64,000 nt of DNA from Lytechinus pictus (taxonomy: Eukaryota), in the NCBI RefSeq assembly GCF_037042905.1, contig NC_087261.1:18414001-18478000 (forward strand). The letters are read 5' to 3'. A program made the translations under genes and the position numbers. How positions within the stretch are numbered: position 1 is the stretch's first letter; the number at the start of each line of letters is the position of its first letter. Positions 1 to 13,300 of the stretch are shown here, in pieces. A model generated the notes under the pieces. That model did no database searches and had not been told where the DNA came from. It saw only the letters and a program-made list of their open reading frames with translations.

Positions 1-10
1 TATATATCAG

Positions 11-250
11 CTTTGCAACGGAACAGACACTCTGCTGATATGCCCATCGCCAAAATTTCCTGACGATGTCGCCTCTACCGTGAGGAAAAGAGCACCTGAC
101 GTAATCACGTTTGTCGCAAATCTGACATTTGACTTCGATGGTTACATAATCAATGGCGGCTTGATAGAATACTACCCAGACCCAATTTATGAAAGCTTCG
201 GTGGACCAAACAGACTCTATGAAAGCAGTAACGGACGGCTCGAAATAACA
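11..250 (+). CDS. Plexin-like 1 exon, IPT/TIG domain
   Basis: cag|LCNGTDTLLICPSPKF...LTFDFDG...YYPDPIYESF...LEIT|gt; CPSP and YYPDP are typical plexin/Met IPT motifs. Confidence 0.88.
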
Positions 251-1272
251 GTAATTATATTCCCGTTTGCCTCACTCGTTCCGCTATCTTGTTTTATCTC
301 CTGGATAAGAATAAATGCATACAAAGAATAATTATCAAAAACCTTGTCCTTTTACCAGTTTTACATTTCAGTTTTCGATTTAAATGCATATGAGTACTTT
401 GTTAATTGTCATGAGTGAATGGTCTGTACCAGTGATACCTCAATAATTGAACCGAAAAACTAAAGAATAATTGAATTAAAAAGCATCTTTAACGTTCAGT
501 TTTAATTATTTATTCATTATATTTATCAAATTATTCATGCATTTATTTCTTATAACTTTTATTTGAAAAAAAAAATCATCTTTAATATGAAATGATGCTC
601 ATGACTGACAACTGAGCGAATAGTTCTCTCTCTGAAATTTCGAAACCCGTTTATTGTTTTGTACATCATCCTTTCCATGACATGCCTTGATAAGACCATG
701 GACTACTCTGAGTAGTAGGTCCATAATGAGATTAACTTCTTCTTCTTCTTATGTTGGTTTGAGTGGCGATTAGTCATATTTGACTATTGTCGCCATTGAC
801 TATATTAATACAAAATCTCACTTCTCACATAATGATATTATTACCAATATGATGTATACATATATGAAATATTTTTCTTGTGTATCCTTTTAATATGAAA
901 AAGGATAATTATGGTATGTACAAAAGTTTGCCGTAACTCTTGTCAAAATGGCATATAAACAAATCTTCACCAAAAACAAACCGCTATCTTCAGCTTAGTT
1001 CCAACTAGTTGCGCTTGCCCTGCCCTTTCAAAGATGCAATCATACCGGTCAGCACGGTACGTTGTGCCGATTTTTCGGCATTAAATGCCTAGGTCACCCA
1101 TGCATAGGCGAGGGGGCGCTAGTGTACCTGTGCTTATAGATGGGTTAAACATTAAAATAATTTGTTTCTTTTTTTTAAACAACAACAACAACAACAAGGC
1201 GAAAACACTTGTGGGCCTTGTTAGTTATATGTGCAGAACATATCATATTGTATATATTATATTATACATTAG

Positions 1273-1314
<42 letters not shown>

Positions 1315-4300
1315 TATTTCTTTTCACATTAGACTTGTACAAGCATATCCTTTCATATTTCTTATAGACAATACAATATAAAAATAGTACATCACTCCTT
1401 ACTAAAACGTTTCGTTCTTGAAACGAAACGTAAAAATGCTTTCTGTATCCCTGGGTCATCTTTTTTTAAATACTCCATTATTTGTCCTGGCTGTGATTCA
1501 TTCAATTCTACAAGGAGCATTGATCTTTCAATTATATATTTTGGACAATGTAAAAGATAATGTCTGACAGTTTCTACCTCAGGACATCTATCACAAAACC
1601 CTGTTGGATGGATCCCTAATCTTAGTAGATCTTGGTTAAGACCAGCGACTCCAAAACGGAGACGATGGAGCACAGTTTCCTGTCTCCCTAGATTACATTT
1701 ATATGTGGATAACACTGATGGTTGCAATTCTTTCAGTGCTGAGTTAGTTTTATTCCATCTTTCTTGCCAAACTATCTTACAACTTTTTGAAATAAGTTGC
1801 ATAATTTCTGATAATGTTATTTGATTATGAATTTCTATTTTGTTTGATAAAACTTTTTTTGCGCAGGAGTCTGCTATTTCATTTCCTTTTATTCCACAGT
1901 GTCCAGGGATCCACTCTAGGTATATATCTAAACCTTTATATTTGAGTCTTGTAGTAATAGTCAGAATTTATGTGATAATAGGATCGTCTTTCCGATTCTG
2001 TAAAGATAAAAGTGCACTTAATGAGTCACTGAAAAAAACAACACCTGTATATATATCTAAATATTCTATCCATTCCAGTGCAAGAATAATCGCAATTAAT
2101 TCCGCCCTATAGGAGGAGGTAAAACTAGATAACCTTTTGCCTTGGTAAAAAGAAAAATAAGGTACATAGAAAGCGGCTAACTTCTTCTTCTTCTTATGTT
2201 GGTTTGAGTGGCGATTAGTCATATTTGACTATTGTCGCCATTGACTCTATTATTACAAAATCTCACTTCTCACATAATGATATTATTACCAATATGATGT
2301 ATACATATATGAAATATTATTCTTGTGTATCCTTCTAATATGAAAAAGGATAATTATGGTATGTACAAAAGTTTGCCGTAACTCTTGTCAAAATGGCATA
2401 TAAACAAATCTTCACCAAAAACAAACCGCTATCTTCAGCTCAGTTCCAACTAGTTGCGCTTGCCCTGCCCTTTCAAAGATGCAATCATGCCGGTCAGCAC
2501 GGTACATTGTGCCGATCTGAATACAACTGAATGTATTTTTACAGCTACTAAAAAAAGGAATCAAAATTTTTATCATAATTGCATGAATATTTACGAATAT
2601 GCATTTTTTTCTCTTTATCCAGGGATTTAATTTAGATCTGGGAAGTAGAAAAGATGATATTCAGATTCTACTTGGACCAAGCAGTGTATGTGATGTGGAT
2701 TACCTTAAAACCGATGTTGTTGGATGCCAGCTACCCGAAGAGAGACCCCTCGCAGGTGATGAGAATGGAACACGCAGTGAAGGAACCACGAGGAACTTAC
2801 CAGCAGTGACGGTAATTCAAGTCTTAACATTTGTTTGTTTGGGGACAGTGCTCTACACAAAACGAGCACATGGTGGATCTTCATCCATTTGTGACCAGTC
2901 ACTCCCAAACCAACAATAATTCACCAAGGAGAGATTTCTGGGTAAATAACCAAAATACTAATTTTCCCTTTTTTAGCTACAAAAATATCTTTATCAGAAA
3001 GAATAATTGATCTTCCTTCAGACTGTCATCATTCTATATAAGTTGTAAAGTTGAATGAAAAAAAAAAGGTTTCATTTGACACCAGTCTTTGCAGACTGCT
3101 CGATTTTTTTTACTAAATTGCACAGTAAGCAAATCTCATGCTTGAGTGATTACAAACTTCAGACCTTGTTTTCTCTTATATTTTTTTCAACTCGTTATTG
3201 TGATGGTTATTCCTAATAAAGTTTGACAAGTTATGCACCATGTTCGAGCTTGGATCTACTACCTTTTCAAGATAAAAAACCATTTGTACATCACTTCAGG
3301 CGACTTCATGGTCTAGGGGTGGCTGATTACATGTATATGCATTTAGATTTCAATTTCTTTAGTCACAATGTGAACGAAACCATCCCGAATGTTATATTAA
3401 CATCTGAGTGTCTCGATTGTTATGTACAAGGGTGTGTACGGTGTATTACGCGCACGAGAAAGTGTAAAGGCTATAGGGGTAAAGGTGAAAATTAGAATGC
3501 GTGAGCTTACGCGCATCAGCAATAGGGTGTAGGTGTGAGTGTTTGTGTGTTGTTTGGGCTGGGTATACGTGTGAGTAATATGGTTTTGCGTGTGTTTGTG
3601 GCTGTGGGTGTTATGTGTGCTGATGTGTCGTTGCGTTTGTAGGTGTGTGCTAGTGGGCAAAACACCGTCAGAGTACTTACTCTGGATAGACAAAGTTTGG
3701 AAGCTTTGAATCGGTTTTATCGCACGAAACTTGTGGCTTACTTGGCATGGTCAAATATTTCAATTATGTTCTAAAGGTGTTACACGGAAACCTAAAGTTC
3801 TATCCGGGATTTGTTTCAGCGTGGCCTACGGAAGGAAACCCGTTGATAGCTACCGTAATACCCACTGTTATTGTATTGCTCATCTTCATCACCATACCTA
3901 CAATTATTCTAGCCTGTTGGTATAGGAAGAAACGGCTTGAAGTGAAACGTGCCAAGGAAGAAGTAGCCATGGTTCGAATGAACATCCTGAAAAGAGTTCG
4001 CGAAGGTATTTAGGGCGTTTTTACTTTCAGTCAATATGTTGCATTTTCCCGTTTGACTAGTCCACGGAGGGAACAATGTATTGCATATGAATTTAAAACA
4101 AAAATAAGTACCTGATGCATGGGATGTAAGAAAAATAGGGGAGGTAAATTCATTTTATTCTGATATTCATTGATATACATTATTATCTCTCTTGAAGTAT
4201 TTCGATCCATCAAGTTTATATAATACTTTACTTTTTGACCAATATAAAATTTATTTAGAACAACAATTCGAATGGAATACGCTTATTTCATTTATAGAAT

Positions 4301-7300
4301 AGGGCGTGTCTTACAGTTCAAATTGACAGCAATATAATGAGACTCGCTTGAAATATATGTTCACCTTCGATCGACTAATTCCTTTGTCTTATGATCAGTC
4401 TCTAGTACAAGTTTAGATATGACGGATGCTGATAACAGAGTTCAGTCTCAAGGAGTTCGTTTTGTGGGGAATGTCCAGTATGTGACACTGATGATGTTTG
4501 CCGGGCTAGGTGTTCACCCAGAAACATCAGATCCAGAGGTATCAATCTATTATTTTCTTTAAATTCTTATCTCTCTTTTTTGTTTTGTTTGTTTAAAGGG
4601 ATTCAAAGTAATAGTACAACAATAATAATATCATTAATAATAATAAAAATAATAATAACAATTATAAATCAAACAATTCATCCAATATAATACAGTGTAA
4701 ACCGTATTGCCCATTCATCGAATACAAGTACATGATCTTGCGGCATACTCCATAGCAAAAAAATATAATTTATGTGAAATATGTTTATTCAAATATGAAA
4801 TCACCGATGTAGGTCTCATTGCCAATGATAGGATTGTAATAGCTTCAGTGATCTGGATATCCAAATGCTCCTGACTTTAACTCATTATTATTCACTCATT
4901 CTTCCTCCAATCATTGGTCTAGTTTTTAAAACATTTTTTTCTTTCTTTCGTATGAAACCAACTGGTTTAAAATCCCTTTGAATCCTACAAAAATTGATAT
5001 ATTCAATATGCTCACTTTATGTTCCCAGTACATGGAAGACTTTATGGAGCATTCAGTTATCGTACTCTACCGAATGCTAAAAAAGAAGGAGAAAATGATA
5101 GAGTTCGTCAGGCAATTGGAAACGAAGAAAACGGGACAAGGTCGAGAAAGGTACGACGGAGTTTTTTTTTTTCTGAAAGTACGTTATGAAAATTAATAAC
5201 CATAAATAATGAATTGACAGCAGTATGATGTCCCGTTGAATTAAGAAGTTGTTTATCATGTTTATGTTTTTCAGTAATTTGTTATGAAAAAATAAGAAGA
5301 AAAAAAGAAGAGAAAACAAAAGCAACTCGGTAGTCAGACCCCATTCGTGAACTCCGTGATTATAACGTTTACTTTTAAATTAATAATAATAGTAATAATG
5401 TAGGTCTATAGCGCATTTCAGACCTGCAGGACTTTACATAAATAATATCATACAATATAAGACATTGCTTAAAATTACACTTAAACTGAACGTCAACATT
5501 AATCAAATACATATGGCACAAGTATAAGGAATTATCTAATTGAATGCTTCATTGAAGAGAAATGTTTTAAGTTGGGATTTGAAAAGTCCGAGATTATTTT
5601 GTGATCGGAGATTACTGGGTAGGGAATTCCAAAGGGCGCTATAGGAGAAAGACCTTTCACCTTGCGTCTTATTTCTTAGTCTAGGTACTTGAAGGAGCTG
5701 TAGGGTGGATGATCTTAGTGTCCTTGAGGGCGTGTATGGAGAAATGAGTTCAGAGATATTTCGAGGCAAGACCGTGGACAGCATTAAATGTTATTACAAG
5801 GACTTTGAAGCGAATTCGTGATTTAATGGGTAGCCAGTGAAGTTCTTTGAGTATTGGTATGATGTGGTTGTGTTTTTTTGATCTGGTGACACGTCTTGCG
5901 GTTGAATATTGAATTCTTTGGAGCTTTGCTATATCTTTGTCCGGGATTCTAGACAAGAGACTTTCACGGTTATCGAGAAGGGAAGACACGAAGGCATGAA
6001 TGAGGGTCTCAGTCACATTCTTACTAAGGTATGACCGAATAATTCCAATACGTCTCAGAGCAACTGAGACCTTGCGACAAAACCATGTTGACGTGTTGGC
6101 GCATGTTTATATTCTTGTAAAAAATGACACTAGATCACATACTGAAGGTAATGGCAGAACCTGGCCATTGACATCAAAGTCAGAGCCTCCTGAACTCGTC
6201 TGAAAGAAGATGAGACATAAAGCACCTCCATTTGGTGTCATTAAGTTTCAGATGATTGCTTACCATCCAGTTCCGTACTTCCTGGAGGCAGATTCCAAGA
6301 CTCCCTATACAACATTCTCCCTTCCTGAAGACTTTAAGGAGAGGCTAAGCCTTGTGTAGAGAAAGCAAGTGCTCGAATAATGTCCTGAACTGGCGTAGTT
6401 TAGCAAATAAAGAGAATCGGACCGATTACTGATCCTTGAGGCACGCCCCAGTCACCCCAGTTCTATACTTTAGTCTAGAAACCAGAATGTCTCGGATAAT
6501 TATTAAGGAAAGCATGCATGTTCTGTTTTCCGGAGTGTGCGTTTGTNNNNNNNNNNNNNNNNNNNNNNNNNNNNNNNNNNNNNNNNNNNNNNNNNNNNNN
6601 NNNNNNNNNNNNNNNNNNNNNNNNNNNNNNNNNNNNNNNNNNNNNNNNNNNNNNNNNNNNNNNNNNNNNNNNNNNNNNNNNNNNACGTTTTTCTGTCACT
6701 ACCTACACTGTAGTTTCCGGATGTGCAAATTTTTACTTGTATGAAAGATTATTTTAAAAAACTCAATAAAAAGTACTGCATGCTCAAGAAATGTTCACCA
6801 TTAATCGGGTACAATGCGCAACAATTACTAACATTAAGACCTACGTTTTTTTTTTACTTTCTTTTTGTAGGGAATTAATTGCATCCCTGTTAGCAATCAC
6901 GTTCGTCAGTGAATGGAATTCAATTGTCTTTACAGAGTAAGTTCATTTTTTCTCACATTTCTTTACATTTAAGCATGTACTATATAATTTTCTTCCGTGG
7001 TTGCACTGTTACAGACTACAGTGCCACAACATATTTTTCCCTCGTTCTATATCCCATGGTCATTTGAATCATCCTAGTTATAGATAAAGGAACAATTAGT
7101 GTTGTCAAAGTTTTACATAAATTTCGACTCGGGCTATGTACACTATTTAACAAGATGTGTCCCTCGTTAGATAAGTGGTGAGACAAATATTAAACAAAAA
7201 TACCACATAAAATTTAAATGTTACGGAAATACCAGAAAAAAAAATTAAGCAAGCTGCATTTGAAAAACGCCCCTAAAAGGTCATTTTGTAAAGAATTACA

Positions 7301-10300
7301 GAGTTATATAAAGTGTATTCTAAATCGAAAGTAATTAACAAATCAAAATAATTCATATACGTTTATAACCATTCCGTTGTGTCCACATCTATGTACAGTC
7401 ATTGATGAAGATCTGTAATCTCCAGAAACAAAAGGAAACTGACAAACCAAATTCAGCAATACAACCAAAATTTCAAATATTCTTGTGCAGCACATTTTAA
7501 AGAAAAGGAAATCTATAAAAATGGCACGCTTGCGTCGAAGAAGAAAACTGGAAGAATATGATCAATGAAATTTTGAGAAAAGTTGGACGAACAATAAGAA
7601 AGCTGAAAGTATTTGACTGTCCACTGCGAAGAAAATTTGATATGACCCCCAAATATTGTACAACACCCCTTTTTTCCTACCCATTCGACACTGAAATCCA
7701 ACAAAACATCTCTTTTGAGGTCTCATAGGACAAATATCTTATCTATGATATAATCATGACAATATTTGAAAACCTGTATTATATGTGCTGATATTGAAAG
7801 AGCACCTGACATTGCGATGGACTAGATGAACGAGAAAAAATAAGTTAAATACATACAGTACTGGGGAAGTTGTACAGATGTGACAACACACAGCTTGGTT
7901 GCATTGCCAGTGTGATGATCTAGAAGCGCGATAGCTCAGTCGGTAGAGCGGGGGATTCGTATTCCGGTGACCCGGGTTCGATTCCCACTTGGTGCGCAAG
8001 TGCCCTTTGGTAAGGCATTAATCCTCATTACCAGGTCCTTCGGAGAGGACCTTAAGCCGTCGGTCATCTGGTTGTTTGCTTACAAGCATTCATGCTTTCT
8101 TAGCAATCAGGTAGAAAATCCCCACCAATCACCAATCTAGAAGCGTGGGCTAGGGCTCTTGGCATAATTAACTTAATGTCTATTGATTCTTATCTTCATG
8201 TTTCATTTATCCCCTTTATTCAATTTTCAGAGTGATGACCGCTCTTGTTGAAGATGAAATCATGGGGGCATCTGAATCCAGAAGGCCTCTGGACAAACTA
8301 TTCACAAAGTAATAAATCAATCCTTGGGTTGGGTTGGGGTTATCATTGTCATGCATGAACGTAATGTACAGTGATTATTAATTTACGTTTAGAGAAAACA
8401 ATAAATCGAACGTCATTATGTCAGAATCATAAAGTCTTATATTAAGCTTTAGGAAGAGACGTCAACTTCGGATACTAAACCAATTCCATTAGTAAAGTCT
8501 AGCATATCGTTGTTATGCAATTATCTTGGACATACATCTAAACTCTGCATCATTACGATTGTATATCCTCTCATTTAAGAACTGAATCGGTCACCGAGAA
8601 ACTGATCAGCAATTGGTTTTCAATCTGCATGTTCGAGTACCTAAAGGTGAGGCCTGTTATTCCCAACTCAAAAAGAAAAAAAATATATATAAAGGTATAT
8701 ACCCAACTTCTTCAGTATCAAATTGTAGTATTAACTTTCAGTTTAACTGAAAATCATAGTTAATGGAGAAAACCAGATTTTTGTAGTTACCAATTTAGCA
8801 TACAACTTGTATATGCTCCTGCACCCAAAATGCACTAGTTTTAGTATTAAATGATCATGGATTAGATTTTTTTTTCCATTTAGGTAAACATGCTCTACGT
8901 ACATAGGTCACTTTCGAAATTTGATCGTGGTATATTGAATGTAGCATTGCGTAATGTTTGGGTTTTTTTTTTTTCCTTTAAGAGAACTTAAAACCAAAAA
9001 TACCTATGAAAAATATGTGTCATGGCTATAAAATAGAATTAATCAATAGCGTAGAACGTAATTAGAAGGTAGTGTATATTGTACACCATTACATTTTTAA
9101 TGTTGAACTCACTCGCGCACAGTTCTTTCTATTTACTTTCTCGTTTCATGTACTGCTTCAGGTATATGGACTCTATTCATTATTCATGCTGTACCAAGCA
9201 ATAAAGACCCAAGCTGAGAAAGGTCCTATAGATGCTGTGACAGGGGTTGCGTACTACACGCTGGAGGCTGATAAACTCATAGATGAAGAGATCGACTTTC
9301 ATTCTCTTGTACGTTCACGGAAATTATGATACTTGAGATTATACTGGTAGCAAAATTCCCGATAGAACAAAAACAATTTTAGTCATATAATATACTTCGG
9401 ACCGTATTTGTATATCATGAGGGGTGTCCTTTTATACTATGGACTTTTTTTAAATGGAGGTCCTCGTCTGAAAAAAAAAAAAATCTTTGATCTCATTGTA
9501 GGTTTAAAAAGTCTCTACGTACATGTAATTAACAATAAAAGCATAAACTCTATGAGCGAACAGTCATATCGTATGTGTTTTTTGGGGTGTGTTTCTTTCT
9601 AGAAAGTCAACAAGAGAAGTACTTTACTGATACCTCAGGTTATACATTTGCAATGAAAATACAGAACTCTAAAAACATATCTTATACTTTCGTTTACATT
9701 GCTATTGATGTAGAACATCGATGTTGTTGATGAAGACGGCCATACCTATGTTCGAGTAAACGTTTTGAATGTTGATACCGTGAAGCAAGCCAAACAGAAG
9801 ATCCTAGATTGCCTTTGGATGAAGGGTTTCTGCCTGCTACCGAGGGATGTTGATGCAGTTGACCTTGGTGAGAATAATAATAATACAGGGCAATCAGAAT
9901 AGGTGTTGAATTTAAGCTGACATAAATTATTTAAAGACGTCTTCTGATACTAACGTAAATTCTGACGCTTATGTAAATTATTTCATGATGCCGAAAATGA
10001 ATATGTATGTACCATTTACAGAAGAGAAGAAAACCCACAATGGTAAAGCACGATAGCTTGAAAGATCAACAAAGTATGTGGTGGAGCCTAGCGTTAGAAG
10101 ACTGAATTGATCAATTCGGAAAAAAGGCGCAATAAACGGACTACCAGAACAAAGGACAGGCGTAGATTAAGCAATAGAGTACCAAGGTGCGACGTCAGTT
10201 GCCATGGTGTCATGACAGGCTGGTTCTAAACAGAGTCGCAGCTGACGATCGTCTGTACATGACTTTGGCTCGTCTGAAAAAAAAAATGCTAGTAGTGATT

Positions 10301-13300
10301 AAATTCCTATAGCAGCCATTTTCTCTTATGGGAAACACACGCTTTCAATCGGCGGGTTCATATGTTTAGACCCAGGCCGCCATGACACCATGGTAACTGA
10401 CGTCATCGCTTCGGTACTCTATTCTGTGTTTAATGAGGAAGGTGTTGATTCTCATGACACAAATTTCGTGGTACCTGTAGGGCCGTAATATTAATCAAAT
10501 TAACTTGAATAGGGATGTTAGGCATTTCGTGTAGGCGTTCTGACTGCCAGTATTTAAATGAAACAGCAGTATAATAAATTCAACTGAAATGCCCGATACA
10601 CAACAACATGGATCATCATTCTGCCGATAAGATCAATACTTCACGTTTCATATTTAGTTATCCAAAGTGAATTTTCGCTCGTATACATTTTTTTAAAGTT
10701 TGGATCGAATCTCCTGAAAGCTATACTTTGCTTCAGGATGTTGACGACATGTCTGAGACACAGAGCAAGGTCATGTTCAATACAATGAAGAGCTACGGGG
10801 TTCGTAATGGTTTCTTCTACCTTATTTTGCGATAACTATTATAAATCCGGATGTTTTATTTACTCACATCATAAGAAAGATGCTCACTCATTTAAGCAAT
10901 TACAAACCTGTAATCATTGTAAGACGGCAGTAAAGTAAGTATGGAGTAAGAATGAGTAAGTAAACTTCAATAATGAGGCATTCTGACGGAATAATTGGAT
11001 TATCCATATCTACCGACGCACGGGTGTTAAAATCACCCACACACAAAAGCGTTCTGTACATGTAAATATATTGACATGGTGCATGGTTGTCAATTTGAAA
11101 TGATTTACTTGAGTTTGATAAGGATCCGCTAATTAATTTCCAAAGCAAATAGGGGCAACAGTTTGTTGATTTGTTTTTGAAGCCAGATCTCCTCACGACG
11201 TGTACTCGTTTGCCAACATGTACCATTTTGTTAATCCTAAAGTTACTGGTCTTGTTTTTTTTTTTACTTTACCCATTACTGTTTTTTGCTGTATCCCTGC
11301 AATATAACTTTAGCGTTCCGAGGAAGATGCGTAATATTGCTTTCAGTTTGTATGCATTGGATTGATATCTTTAGGGAGTACCGATCTACTGAGAGAGAGA
11401 GAGGTTGAATATTGGTACATCGATTTTCAACTGTATTTCATTTATTAGATTAGGAACGGATCTCGTGTTGCACTGGTAGGTAAGAACCAGCTACCGAAAG
11501 CACCTGTCAATGGCTACCAAGCTCTTGATGTCAAAGAATTATCTTCGAACACATGTAAGTAAATACATCTGAATATTTTAAAATGTACCCATCATGACTT
11601 GTGCTAAAAAAAAGGAAATGCCTTCCTTAATCACCTGTGAATCTTCCCAGAGTGAAAAAAACAGACCTTTAAATTTCTAGTCTCGAATGATTTCCATATC
11701 AATATATAGAGAAAATCGTCAAACGTGACATATTACAGCACTCATTGTCGGTAAATGATGAACTCGGTATGAATACTCTCAAGTACAGAGAATTCGACTT
11801 TTTTTAGCCTTGGCTTGTATGTTATCGTCATCTGTTGAAAAAAACCTTTGAATTCATATAAATTTTAATAAATGTTTCCTTCCCCTCCCTCAGATGAATC
11901 CTTGATACCTGTATCAGATGAGACGAATCTTACATCAGGACCATCTCAACTGACTTTGAATGCTGTCCATTTAAAGGTTTTTAGCTAGAATTGTGACATT
12001 TGTATGGTTTTGCGTTGTTTTATCGTGTAGTTGAGAAAATTCGTCTTTTTTTTAATAATAATATTCCGCATTTATATAGCGCTTAACACATCGGAACGAC
12101 GTCTCTAAGCGCTTTACATATATATTATAACCCCGGTCATCGGATCCTTGCATGCCCGCATACAATGTATGTACCTTCTCCACTCCCTGGGGAGCATTCC
12201 AACAAGAGTTCCAAGACTCAATTGCTAGACATACTACATAGGCTTTCGCATTATACCGGGTACCCATTTAACACCTGGGTGGAGAGTGGAAAATTGTGGA
12301 TTGACCCCTTGCCAAAGGACGCTAGGCCATGGTGGGATTCGAACACGCGACCCTCTGATTACAAGGCGAGAGTCAGAACCGCTACACCACAGCGCTTCCA
12401 CACCTCGTACTTATATCAAGAATTATACCATGTTTAATCGCTGGAGCCAAATCCACGTTTGGCATGGGAGGGTGGGCAAAAGTAAATCAGAAATGTCAAA
12501 AATTACAACATTTTACGGATGAAGCTTGCCACAAACATGAAAAGTTTGATAGAAGGAATAGTTTTTTCCAAGTTTAGTTGCCTTATCATGCTTTCCAATA
12601 ATTTCAAGGCTATAATGTATTATGCATTGCTTATTATGATTTTCAAGTTGTAAAAAATATTGGGGAAGGGCAAATCGACATTCCCCGCCCCGGCACAGGA
12701 TCAACTCTGCTTTACTCTTTCTTGACCATATGTATAATTATGAAAATGTAGGCTGTGGTCAATTGAATGCGTAAAGTATGTTTTCGATTAACTGTTTAAA
12801 TCGCCCAGATTGATGCTGAATGGCCAACAAGGAAAGCAGTCAACCTGCCTGATAACATCAAAAGAAAGAGAGCAGAGCTTGATCGGAATCTTGCTATCCC
12901 ACACATGCTTAAAATGAAAGTAAGTTATTGTATCTCCGATGTAATGGTAGTGGAGTCAGCATCGCTTGCTGGAAAGAACACGGTTTATGCCAGAGTGTAT
13001 TCACAGTGTGGAACACAATGTGAAATCACCTTCACACTGCTAAACTTGAATACTGCAACAGCGGGAATCACATACGCACATATAGTCGACCAAGTGAACA
13101 CGCTACACTGTAAAAACTGTGGTATTAAAAATGACACCAATTGGTGTTAATAGAGGAACACACACTGAGGTGTTAAAATTACACCCTAGAGATTAAACAT
13201 AACACCAAAGAGTGTAAATGTATCAACAAAATGTGTTGTAATAACACCTATAGGTGTAAAACGAACACCACCAATTTAACACCGGTGTAAAATAACTGGT

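Noticed and set aside
733-2516. LTR retrotransposon
   Set aside because: The repeats lack TG..CA ends, PBS and PPT, end in a (GAA)n tail, and enclose a non-LTR-type RNase H/CCHC region
3397-3693. His/Thr-rich ORF
   Set aside because: Translation of a degenerate (GT)n/(CA)n tract
7925-7997. Possible tRNA gene (also at ~12330-12400, 31020-31092, 48708-48785, 50600-50670)
   Set aside because: A and B boxes are present but the arms pair poorly, and most continue into shared non-tRNA bodies; these are SINE heads
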